Below the pieces are notes generated by a model, which saw nothing but the letters and a program-made list of their open reading frames with translations, searched no databases and was not told the origin of the DNA. A stretch of DNA of 64,000 nucleotides, taken from Nitrospira sp. Lineage in GTDB: Bacteria > Nitrospirota > Nitrospiria > Nitrospirales > Nitrospiraceae. This document shows, in pieces, positions 9,746 to 19,541 of this stretch. Position numbers and translations under genes: made by a program. Numbering within the stretch: the stretch's first letter is position 1; each line of letters opens with the position of its first letter. The stretch covers positions 736,001 to 800,000 of the forward strand of contig AP038806.1 in the NCBI GenBank assembly GCA_047150005.1, read 5' to 3'.

Positions 9746-9834
9746 CGTCGCGTCGCGTCGAATGTTGAATGATGAGTTTTCAATGTTTAATTGAACGGCG
9801 TAAACTAAGTATTCAACCTTGAGCATTGAACATT
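9746..9834. repeat. (CGTCG)3 followed by an AT-rich inverted array of AATGTTN-like heptamers
   Basis: The plus strand at 9761 reads AATGTTG AATGATG AGTTTTC AATGTTT. The reverse complement of 9811-9834 reads AATGTTC AATGCTC AAGGTTG AAT. Confidence 0.7.
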
Positions 9835-9844
9835 GGAGGGCCTG

Positions 9845-10849
9845 ATGCCCGATTTACGACGCGATCCGATTGTCGGCCGATGGGTGATCATTTCCACGGA
9901 CCGGAGCGGCCGTCCGCACGAATTTACGCAGCTCTTGCCGTCGCGGCCGATCTCCACGGCGCTGTGCCCGTTCTGCCCCGGACAGGAACGACTGACGCCC
10001 AAAGAGATCATGGCATACCGGCCCCAACCGTCCGAGGCGAACACGCCGAATTGGAGCGTGCGGGTCGTTCCCAACAAGTTTCCTGCACTGCAGGTGGAAG
10101 GCGAGCTGGGCCGCGAAGGAGTGGGCCTCTATGACCGGATGAACGGCATCGGCGCGCATGAAGTCATCATCGAAACCCCCGGACACAAGGACGGCCTGGG
10201 AGACCTGCCCGCCCAGAAGATCGAAGACGTCCTGTGGGCCTACCGCGACCGTATTCTCGATCTCAAGAAGGACCCCCGCTTCCGCTACATTCTGATTTTC
10301 AAGAACCACGGAGCCGCGGCCGGCGCAACACTGGAACACACCCACTCGCAACTGATCGCGCTACCGATCATTCCCACCAGTGTCAGCGAAGAAGTCGAAG
10401 GCTGCCGCGCGCACTATCAAAAGAAGGAACGGTGCATCTACTGCGACATTCTCCGTCAGGAATTGACCGACGGAGACCGCGTCGTGGCCGAGAACCCGGA
10501 ATTCGTCTGCATCACCCCGTTTGCACCTCGGTTTCCGTTCGAAATGTGGGTGCTGCCGAAGCGGCACGCCGGCTATTTCGAGGAAGGCCAGAAGGGTCAG
10601 TTCGAGTTCCTCGCGTCCATGCTTTCCGAGGTGCTACGGCGAATGGACAAGGTGTTGGCCAGGCCGCCCTACAACTTCGTCCTGCACAGTTCCCCGCTCC
10701 ATGAGCGAACCGGAGACTTCTATCACTGGCACCTGGAGATCATCCCCAAGCTCACGCAGGTGGCGGGCTTCGAGTGGGGAACCGGTTTCTACATCAACCC
10801 CGTGTCGCCCGAGGAATCGGCCACGTTTCTTCGCGACACGCACCTCTGA
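9845..10849 (+). CDS. galT: GalT-family nucleotidylyltransferase (Gal-1-P uridylyltransferase or ADP-glucose phosphorylase-like)
   Basis: LRRDP..GRWV, CPFCPG.E, VVPNKFPAL, GAHEVIIE, catalytic GATLEHTHSQ, and AGFEWGTG..INP..PE. GGAGGG RBS before ATG 9845. Confidence 0.85.
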   Translation: MPDLRRDPIVGRWVIISTDRSGRPHEFTQLLPSRPISTALCPFCPGQERLTPKEIMAYRPQPSEANTPNWSVRVVPNKFPALQVEGELGREGVGLYDRMNGIGAHEVIIETPGHKDGLGDLPAQKIEDVLWAYRDRILDLKKDPRFRYILIFKNHGAAAGATLEHTHSQLIALPIIPTSVSEEVEGCRAHYQKKERCIYCDILRQELTDGDRVVAENPEFVCITPFAPRFPFEMWVLPKRHAGYFEEGQKGQFEFLASMLSEVLRRMDKVLARPPYNFVLHSSPLHERTGDFYHWHLEIIPKLTQVAGFEWGTGFYINPVSPEESATFLRDTHL

Positions 10850-10857
10850 GCGGACGC

Positions 10858-10887
10858 TTGCTCCCCGGCAGCGAGCGGGCTTATCAT
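10858..10887 (+). promoter_or_regulatory. Candidate sigma70 promoter for ttuB-ttuA (leaderless geometry)
   Basis: TTGCTC-N18-TATCAT, then 7 nt, then ATG 10895, with no SD. Confidence 0.5.
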
Positions 10888-10894
10888 CACCCCC

Positions 10895-11119
10895 ATGCAA
10901 GTCCAGCTCAGCCACCCTTCCCGAACCGTCGACGTCAAAGGGCCCAAGAAGGTCAAAGACCTCCTTCGGGAACTGAATCTGGTCGTCGAAGCACATTTGG
11001 TCATCCGCGGCGATGAACTAGTGACCGAAGACGAGATGCTCTACGACAAGGACCGCATCGAAATCCGGCCGGTGATCTCGGGAGGAAGCGATCCTGAACC
11101 TGGACCTTTCTTGGTATGA
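10895..11119 (+). CDS. ThiS/MoaD-family ubiquitin-like sulfur carrier (TtuB-like) with a 10-aa extension after GG
   Basis: Small protein ending DRIEIRPVISGG-SDPEPGPFLV. ATGA overlap with the TtuA-like gene. Confidence 0.85.
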   Translation: MQVQLSHPSRTVDVKGPKKVKDLLRELNLVVEAHLVIRGDELVTEDEMLYDKDRIEIRPVISGGSDPEPGPFLV

Positions 11120-12054
11120 ACTGCACCAAGTGCAAGACGAAAGCCGTCATCAAACTGCCCCGACACCATGCGGCGTTCTGCAAGGGTTGCTTCACGGGTT
11201 TTGTGTACGATCAGGTGGCTCGCGCCATCAAGTCGCAGAAAATGTTCGGCAAGGACGATCGAATTCTGGTCGCGGTCTCGGGCGGCAAGGACAGCCTGGC
11301 CTTGTGGGACATTCTCTTGAAGCTTGGATACAAGGCCGACGCGCTCTACGTGAATCTCGGGATCGGGGACTATTCGCAACGGTCGCATGAAAAGGTCCGG
11401 CGCTTCGCCGAAGTCGTTGCCGCCCCGCTCGGCGCGATGTGCCGTACTCATACAGTCGAGCAGGAGGAAGGCGCCGGGATCAGGGAACTTTCGATGCTCG
11501 CGCACCGGCCGACCTGTAGCACCTGTGGGACTATCAAACGCTATCAATTCAATCGCGCGGCGATCGAGCACGAATACGACGTGATGGCGACGGGCCACAA
11601 CCTGGACGACGAGGCGGCGCGCCTGCTCGGCAACGTGCTCCATTGGCAGGAAGACTATCTCGACAAGCAAGGGCCGAGCTTGCCGGCCTCCGTCGAAGGG
11701 TTTGCGAAAAAGGTCAAGCCGCTCTATCGGTTGACGGAACGCGAGCTGGCGGCCTATTGCGTGTTAAACACGATCGACTACATCGTGGAAGAATGCCCGA
11801 TGGCTCAGGGCGCCAAGACGCTCCTCTACAAGGAGGTCCTGAACCGGCTTGAAACCGAATCCCCTGGCACGAAACAGACGTTCTATTGGGGCTTTCTCGA
11901 CCGGTCACGCAAGGAGACCGAGCGCCAGACCACGATGGCGCACAAGGATCGGATCGCACTGCATCCTTGCGCGACCTGCGGACAACCGACGACCGCCGAG
12001 GTCTGCTCCTACTGTAAGTTGATGGCACGGGCGAAGACCCCCTCCGTTTCCTGA
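11116..12054 (+). CDS. ttuA: tRNA 2-thiolation enzyme, TtuA/Ncs6 family
   Basis: N-terminal Zn finger (CTKC..C..CF), PP-loop AVSGGKDS, CSTCG, TGHNLDDE, EECP, and C-terminal CATCG..CSYC. Confidence 0.85.
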   Translation: MNCTKCKTKAVIKLPRHHAAFCKGCFTGFVYDQVARAIKSQKMFGKDDRILVAVSGGKDSLALWDILLKLGYKADALYVNLGIGDYSQRSHEKVRRFAEVVAAPLGAMCRTHTVEQEEGAGIRELSMLAHRPTCSTCGTIKRYQFNRAAIEHEYDVMATGHNLDDEAARLLGNVLHWQEDYLDKQGPSLPASVEGFAKKVKPLYRLTERELAAYCVLNTIDYIVEECPMAQGAKTLLYKEVLNRLETESPGTKQTFYWGFLDRSRKETERQTTMAHKDRIALHPCATCGQPTTAEVCSYCKLMARAKTPSVS

Positions 12055-12082
12055 CCACCAACAAGACGGCCATCGATCGTTC

Positions 12083-12703
12083 ATGGGTGATCGCGACCAT
12101 TGTTGCAGTCTCGTGACGGTTGTGCTTTCGCTCTCCCTGTGCCTGCCCATTCCTTCGCTTGCCCATGCCGAGGAGATGGCGGTTCAGATCCCCGTCGGCA
12201 CGCAGACTCTCGGCATCACCGCCGGACCGTTCTTTCCTATTCGCCTGACAGAAGAACAATCGACCAAGCTCTTCGGTGGAGCGACAGGGCTGTCGACGTC
12301 ATTCACGCTCACCGATCCCTTGGGATCCGGTTGGTATCGGGGCCAAGTTTCGCTCGGCGCCGAGCTGATCGGGTTTTTCACCTCCGAACCGAGCGGCTCC
12401 TACGGAATCGGCCTGAGCCCGAAACTCGGCTATACCTTCATCGGAGCCCAGAGATTCCGACCCTATCTCGAGGGAGGCGGAGGACCGATGTGGACCGATC
12501 TGGGAGGCCGCGTGCCTGAACAATCGAGTCAGTTCAATTTTCTGGTCTGGGCCGGCGCCGGCTGTTCCTATCTGGTAACCCCTCAATGGGCCGTCACGGC
12601 CGGCTATCGATTCATGCACATCTCGAACGCCGGGCTCAGCGAGCCCAATTCGGGACTCAATTTCGGCCTGCCGTACGTCGGACTGCAATACTCGCTGTTC
12701 TGA
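12083..12703 (+). CDS. Acyloxyacyl hydrolase / PagL-like outer-membrane beta-barrel
   Basis: Signal peptide (AHA), RPYLEGGGG, FNF, catalytic-like YRFMHISNAG...NSGLN, terminal Phe. Confidence 0.8.
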   Translation: MGDRDHCCSLVTVVLSLSLCLPIPSLAHAEEMAVQIPVGTQTLGITAGPFFPIRLTEEQSTKLFGGATGLSTSFTLTDPLGSGWYRGQVSLGAELIGFFTSEPSGSYGIGLSPKLGYTFIGAQRFRPYLEGGGGPMWTDLGGRVPEQSSQFNFLVWAGAGCSYLVTPQWAVTAGYRFMHISNAGLSEPNSGLNFGLPYVGLQYSLF

Positions 12704-12717
12704 CAGCGTTCTTGCCC

Positions 12718-12747
12718 TTGCCAAGCGCCCCGGCAACCCCGTAAGCT
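12718..12747 (+). promoter_or_regulatory. Candidate promoter for the DnaJ-like/marC genes
   Basis: TTGCCA-N18-TAAGCT about 110 nt upstream of ATG 12861. Confidence 0.4.
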
Positions 12748-12860
12748 GGCGTTCACGCGTCGGATGGGTTTGTATGGAGAGAGTCCACCGTCGTGCGATG
12801 ACGCGACTCGGAGGGGAACGACCGTTGATCCTTCCATCATCGGGGTTATTTCTGTAAATC

Positions 12861-13886
12861 ATGGCGACCACCGCGCGCGACTACTATCAGATCCTCGGCA
12901 TCGCCCGTTCCGCCTCGGCCGACGACATCAAGAAGGCCTTCAGGCGTCTCGCCCGCCAGTACCACCCGGACCTCCATACCGGCGCCAAGAAAGCCGAGAT
13001 GGAGAAAAAGTTCAAAGAACTCAACGAAGCCCATGAAGTCTTGTCCGATCCGGACAAGCGGAAAAAGTACGATCAGTACGGCGCGCAATGGGAACAGGCC
13101 GAGGCCTTTGAAAAGGCGCGGCAACAGGCCGGCACGCGCGGCTTCGGCGGCCAGCAATCAAGCGGCGGATTCTCAGGAGAAGGCTTCTCCGATATCTTTG
13201 AAAATCTGTTCGGCGGACGAGCCCGCGGCGGAGGACGAGGCTTTGCCATGGCGGGCGAAGACCTGGAAACCGAGGTCGATTTGACGCTGCGAGAGGTGCT
13301 CGGCGGTGTCATCAAGCGGGTCAGCCTGCGGGAGCCGTCCACCTGCCCCGTGTGCCAGGGAAGCGGCGAGTTCCGAGGGAGAACCTGTCCCTCCTGCGAA
13401 GGCACCGGAGTAAAAACCGAGGCCAAGACCATCGAGGTCAAAATCCCCGCCGGTGTCCAGGACGGCACAAGGGTCCGTGTGGCCGGCAAGGGACAGCCCG
13501 GCATGAACGGAGGGAAGCGAGGCGATCTCTATCTCCACGTCGTCATTCCTCCCGATCCGATCTTTCGTCGGCAGGGTAGTGACGTCCATGTCGCGCTGCC
13601 GGTCTACCCGTGGGAAGCAGCCTTGGGCGCCGAGGTCATGGCGCCGACCCTCACGGAGCCGGTGAAGGTCAAAGTGCCTCCCGGCAGCAGGTCGGAGAGC
13701 AAGCTGCGGTTGAAAGGCAAGGGGCTTCCATCGGCCGCCGGCGGCCATGGCGACCTCTTTCTCACCCTGCAGATCGTCATGCCGACCTCGGTCACGGACG
13801 AAGAGCAGTCCCTCTATGAACGGTTGGCGAAGGTGCGGCATCCCGACCCGCGCGCCGAACTCCTGACTCAAGCCCGACTGCGGTAG
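12861..13886 (+). CDS. DnaJ/CbpA-class J-domain co-chaperone
   Basis: J domain ([20 protein letters not shown]), G/F-rich linker, two CxxCxGxG motifs, DnaJ_C domain (VKIPAGV, GDLYL). Confidence 0.92.
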   Translation: MATTARDYYQILGIARSASADDIKKAFRRLARQYHPDLHTGAKKAEMEKKFKELNEAHEVLSDPDKRKKYDQYGAQWEQAEAFEKARQQAGTRGFGGQQSSGGFSGEGFSDIFENLFGGRARGGGRGFAMAGEDLETEVDLTLREVLGGVIKRVSLREPSTCPVCQGSGEFRGRTCPSCEGTGVKTEAKTIEVKIPAGVQDGTRVRVAGKGQPGMNGGKRGDLYLHVVIPPDPIFRRQGSDVHVALPVYPWEAALGAEVMAPTLTEPVKVKVPPGSRSESKLRLKGKGLPSAAGGHGDLFLTLQIVMPTSVTDEEQSLYERLAKVRHPDPRAELLTQARLR

Positions 13887-13890
13887 CGGG

Positions 13891-14526
13891 ATGACGCTGA
13901 CCGAATACGGTGTACTGGCCTTCAGCTCCCTCTTCGTGATTGTGGATCCCATCGCAACGGTTCCGGCCTTCCTGTCGATGACCGCCCGCGATACGATTGC
14001 TCAGCGCCTGCGGATGGCCCGCGTGGCCTGTTTCGTCGCGGTCGGCATCCTTGCCGCATTCGGACTGATCGGCCAATGGCTCTTCGCGCTCCTCGGCATC
14101 TCCCTCCCGGCTGTCCAGATCGCGGGCGCGCTGGTTTTATTGCTGGTGGCGCTGGACATGCTGAGAGCGCAACGCTCGCCGGTGCAGGGCACCGACGCGG
14201 AGACGGCGGAAGGCGCCACGAAGGACGACATCGCCGTCACGCCGCTGGCCGTCCCGATGCTGGCGGGACCGGCTGCGATCTCGACCGTCATTCTGCTGGA
14301 GGCGCAGGCCGTCGACTGGACCTATCGAGCCCTGCTGCTCACTTGCGTTGCGCTGGTGGGTCTGGCAAGCTACCTCATCCTGGCAATCAGTTCGTCGGGG
14401 GCCAGGTGGATCAGCCCCCTTGCGGAGAAAATCATCACGCGCTTGATGGGTCTGCTCCTTGCCGCCTTGGCCGTTCAGTTCCTCTTCAACGGACTGAAGG
14501 GCGAGGGCGGCTTGTTTGTGCGATAA
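13891..14526 (+). CDS. MarC family integral membrane protein
   Basis: LFVIVDP, IAVTPLAVPMLAGPAAI and RLMGLLLAALAVQ motifs. Confidence 0.92.
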   Translation: MTLTEYGVLAFSSLFVIVDPIATVPAFLSMTARDTIAQRLRMARVACFVAVGILAAFGLIGQWLFALLGISLPAVQIAGALVLLLVALDMLRAQRSPVQGTDAETAEGATKDDIAVTPLAVPMLAGPAAISTVILLEAQAVDWTYRALLLTCVALVGLASYLILAISSSGARWISPLAEKIITRLMGLLLAALAVQFLFNGLKGEGGLFVR

Positions 14527-14575
14527 TGATGCAATCGTTTCGTCTTATACGATCTCTTAACCGAAGGAGGACGGC

Positions 14576-15196
14576 ATGAAGAAGGGAATCGGGAACGTCA
14601 TGACGCTCGGGGCGGCCGCGGCATTCACGCTGGCGCTCGCAACCTCGGGAGTCTGGGCGAACGAACCGGGGTACGGGAAGGAGGGTCATGGCGGAGGTCA
14701 GTACGGCGGCATGCGCGGCCACGGCATGGGCATGATGCACAGCAGCGCCGGTCATTTGATCCGCCACCTGCTCAAGCACGAGAAGGAAATCGGGTTGACG
14801 GCCGATCAGGTCGCCAAGCTGAAGGAGACCCAACTCAACCTCGACAAGACCCGTATCAGGAGCGAAGCCGATATCCAGGTCGCCGAACGTGAGGTCAAGG
14901 CGCTCACCGACGATGAGAAGTCCGACCTCGGCGCCATCGAGGCCAAGCTGAAACAGAGCGAGGATCTGCAGGTCGCACTCCGCATGACTTCCATCAAGAC
15001 GCGCCGCGAGGTTCTGGCTCTGCTTACGCCGGAACAGCGCCAGAAGGAAAAGGCCGAACACGAGAAAATGATGCAACAGCATAAAGAGGGCGGCAAGGGC
15101 GGTATGAATCCGCACGGAGGCGGCACGGGCAATCCCCACGGAGGGATGATGCCGGGCCATTCGCCTAAAGCCGCGGATGCTCCGCCGACGAACTAG
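14576..15196 (+). CDS. Spy/CpxP/ZraP-like periplasmic protein with His/Met/Gly-rich ends
   Basis: Signal peptide, two LTxxQ motifs (LTADQ, LTPEQ), helical core. AGGAGG RBS. Confidence 0.8.
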   Translation: MKKGIGNVMTLGAAAAFTLALATSGVWANEPGYGKEGHGGGQYGGMRGHGMGMMHSSAGHLIRHLLKHEKEIGLTADQVAKLKETQLNLDKTRIRSEADIQVAEREVKALTDDEKSDLGAIEAKLKQSEDLQVALRMTSIKTRREVLALLTPEQRQKEKAEHEKMMQQHKEGGKGGMNPHGGGTGNPHGGMMPGHSPKAADAPPTN

Positions 15197-15226
15197 CTCC
15201 GTCCGCCTTCAATGAGGAGACACACC

Positions 15227-15538
15227 ATGAGACATCATCTACTCACCGCGATACTCACGATCGCTACGGTTGCCGGACTCAGCGTTCCCGCCTGGAGCGG
15301 CAAGCACGGTGACCTGCTCAAAGACGCGAAGGTGACGATCGACCAGGCGATTAAGACGGCGCTCGAAAAGGTTCCGGGCACCGCCGTCGAGGCGGAACTC
15401 GAAAAGAAGCACGGCAAAGCCGTATGGGAAGTCGAGATCGTCGGCGCCGACGGCAAGGTGACCGAGGTGCACATCGACGCGGCCACCGGCGAGGTGATCG
15501 ACACGGAAGCCAAGAAGGGCGGGAAGAAGGGGAAATAG
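15227..15538 (+). CDS. PepSY domain secreted protein
   Basis: Signal peptide, VTIDQAIKTAL..VPG..VEAELE, WEVEI and VHIDAATGEVI. GAGGAG RBS favours ATG 15227 over 15212. Confidence 0.88.
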   Translation: MRHHLLTAILTIATVAGLSVPAWSGKHGDLLKDAKVTIDQAIKTALEKVPGTAVEAELEKKHGKAVWEVEIVGADGKVTEVHIDAATGEVIDTEAKKGGKKGK

Positions 15539-15544
15539 TCCGTC

Positions 15545-17206
<1,662 letters not shown>

Positions 17207-17221
17207 GAGGAGGCCGGTTGC

Positions 17222-18535
17222 TCACTGTGAGACAACGACACCTTCTGAACCTCGTGTCTTCATCCTTACCATCGACCCTGAGGGTGGCAATCGCATCTGT
17301 TCCAGTACCTGGCGCGCTGTCCATGCAATTTGGCGGTAACCTTCAGCGATCGGATGTCCATCGGAATCCTGCCGATACAGCATGCTGCCGTTCTTCACGG
17401 CCTCAACCATCCTGATCGCGGCATCCATACACACGAGGCGCTGGACCTTACAGTAGCCCAGCAGGTCCGCCTTGATCGCGTTCTCATTCATGACGAGATC
17501 TGTGAAGGAGCTGTCCAGGCGCCTCTGCAAGGACGGGTCTATTTCGGCGTAGACTGCCTCTTTGGTAGGAATCAAGACGACTCCGATCTGAACGCCAGCG
17601 CGGATGCTCAATGCTTCCAGCGCGGTGAGGACGTCTTTTGTGATCCTCACCCCTTCTCGAATGCACGCATTCTGCAGATCAACCGCCACCCCCCGATAGC
17701 CGAACGTCAACACTGTCGAGCGGTTTCCATCCTCATACAGAGCCGCCGCCTCAGGATGGTCCAGGGCCCAGGTCATGTCGGCCGTAAGATACAGCTCATC
17801 GACGGACGGAACGGATGGAAGAAGCCCTCGGGTCATCAAGATTTGGATGAGCAGCGACCGTCTCGCAAGCTCCTGCCACAGTCTCGGCACTCGCCCCATC
17901 TCCGCGAGTTGCTTATGCGCGTCCTCGACCCTCGCATAGCCGTTCGCCGCTTCCAGGCGCACCAGGAGATCGGCCAGAGCCGCTGAATAATCTTCATCCG
18001 TATGCCTGTATTTGACGTATGAGTCTGTTCCATAGACATGGTTACAGCTGTCAAACAGGTCATTCCCCAGATAGATTCCGATCAGAATCGCCTGGGGTTT
18101 CAGAGCAAGGGCCTCGCCGGCCAATAACTCATATTGGAGCGGGCCCCATCCTCCGAGCGACATGGAATAGGCTTTTACTTTGCTCATTGCCGCCAGCACG
18201 GAGGGCCAGGTTTCCGATCGGGACACGTTCACGCCCCACGTTTGCGAGTCTCCGATCACCACCACGTCGGCGGACTCAACCTGTTCGCGATTCCGGAATC
18301 CTCTCTCGTCGTGACCCGGAGCGTTCGGCTGGATGCGAACCACCAGCCGGGGGTCCGACACCAGCATTTGCAGCGTCGTATGCGCGGTCGCCGTGTCGCG
18401 ATTGTAAAGAGAGTACCCCGCGGGGGGTTCCAGGAAGACTCGGGCCAGTCCTTCAGCTAACAAGAACCCGGCCATCGTGCCGAGCACCGTCAGAATGGCA
18501 TGGATCACGATTGCTCTGGTGCGCGCCGATCTCAC
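17222..18535 (-). CDS. Membrane-anchored SGNH/GDSL hydrolase (AlgJ/AlgX-like putative polysaccharide O-acetyl modifier)
   Basis: N-terminal TM (..LAEGLAR), GFRN, IGDSQTWG, G.ND and DGHP..EGY motifs. 4-nt overlap with the upstream methyltransferase. Confidence 0.8.
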   Translation of the reverse strand: MRSARTRAIVIHAILTVLGTMAGFLLAEGLARVFLEPPAGYSLYNRDTATAHTTLQMLVSDPRLVVRIQPNAPGHDERGFRNREQVESADVVVIGDSQTWGVNVSRSETWPSVLAAMSKVKAYSMSLGGWGPLQYELLAGEALALKPQAILIGIYLGNDLFDSCNHVYGTDSYVKYRHTDEDYSAALADLLVRLEAANGYARVEDAHKQLAEMGRVPRLWQELARRSLLIQILMTRGLLPSVPSVDELYLTADMTWALDHPEAAALYEDGNRSTVLTFGYRGVAVDLQNACIREGVRITKDVLTALEALSIRAGVQIGVVLIPTKEAVYAEIDPSLQRRLDSSFTDLVMNENAIKADLLGYCKVQRLVCMDAAIRMVEAVKNGSMLYRQDSDGHPIAEGYRQIAWTARQVLEQMRLPPSGSMVRMKTRGSEGVVVSQ

Positions 18536-19314
18536 TTCGTCTCACGCGGGTCGGGTTTTTCCGCCGACACGATCAATACGGCGGTCGTCGCGTCTTCTTG
18601 GGTGAATCTGTGCAGATACCGCAGGCGATGAAGCGATCGCTCAACTTCCTCGCTCTCAGTGGACCGGCACTCGACGAATCGAAAGCCGACGCGGTTCAGG
18701 AGGTCGATCCAATCCGACTTTCGCAGGCGATTGACATAGGAACTACGATTCCACTTCATGAGGTTCCACAGCCATTCAGGGTATCGGAGGCAATCGAACA
18801 ACATGCCCGGCGCAGGAGCTTGCTTTCCATAGTAAGAGTGATCGCCCAGATCAATCAGCGAAATCAGTTTTCCTGCGGGCCGCAATACGCGAAAACATTC
18901 CACGACCGTTATGGCGGGAAATCGAAGATGCTCGAAGGCGGTGTGGGACCACAGGAGGTCGAATTGTTCCGACTCGAACGGGAGCGTCTTCCCGTCATAA
19001 ATCCGGTACCGCACCGCCGTTCTCCCGGCTCGTTCAGTAGAAAGATAGTCGACGACGTCGACAGCGGTGCAACTCCTTGCCCCCGCCAATACCGCCAGTT
19101 CCAAGGCGTCAATGGTATGGCCGGGCCCTATTTCCAGAACATCCTTCCCCGTTACCGGCGCAAATCCCGTATAGAACTCGAAGAGTCTCCGGGACTGTAC
19201 AGGGTCGGCATTCAGACCGGTGGAATGAGATCTTCGGGCGAACCGAGCCGCGGGAGGAATGCCCATCACGGCATTCTGCAAGACTTCAAGCAGGATGCGC
19301 TTCATCGTGACCAT
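18532..19314 (-). CDS. Class I SAM-dependent methyltransferase
   Basis: VLEIGPG, LPF..EQFDL, FEHL and RVLRPAG motifs. Start at 19314 or 19305. Confidence 0.85.
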   Translation of the reverse strand: MVTMKRILLEVLQNAVMGIPPAARFARRSHSTGLNADPVQSRRLFEFYTGFAPVTGKDVLEIGPGHTIDALELAVLAGARSCTAVDVVDYLSTERAGRTAVRYRIYDGKTLPFESEQFDLLWSHTAFEHLRFPAITVVECFRVLRPAGKLISLIDLGDHSYYGKQAPAPGMLFDCLRYPEWLWNLMKWNRSSYVNRLRKSDWIDLLNRVGFRFVECRSTESEEVERSLHRLRYLHRFTQEDATTAVLIVSAEKPDPRETK

Positions 19315-19320
19315 TCGTCT

Positions 19321-19482
19321 CTAGTAGTAGGTGATGGTCCGCTGCCGACTGACGAAAGTCTCGGTCAAAACAACCGAGCCGTTTTTTCCCGACGAGTGCT
19401 GAACCGTCTCTTTGACCCAGTTGCCGGCATGGTCCAACTCGAAGGTGGCGGGCGTCGTCGCGGAGGTAGGCTTGGCGTCAGC
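19321..19482 (-). pseudogene. C-terminal remnant of a YD-repeat/RHS-like protein
   Basis: The stop-to-stop frame has no plausible start and encodes ...FELDHAGNWVKETVQHSSGKNGSVVLTETFVSRQRTITYY*. This matches the typical D..GNW.K...R.ITYY ending. Confidence 0.6.
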
Positions 19483-19487
19483 CTACC
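19465..19487. repeat. Perfect 8-bp inverted repeat (REP-like)
   Basis: GGTAGGCT-tggcgtc-AGCCTACC, with GTAG at the base of the stem on both strands. Confidence 0.55.
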
Positions 19488-19541
19488 CACGGGGGAATCG
19501 GAAAAAGGCGCTGCAAAGATGTTCGGACAGGATCATGGAGG

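Noticed and set aside
12704..12860. CIRCE element or RNA thermometer before the DnaJ-like gene
   Set aside because: No TTAGCACTC-N9-GAGTGCTAA and no convincing SD-sequestering stem.
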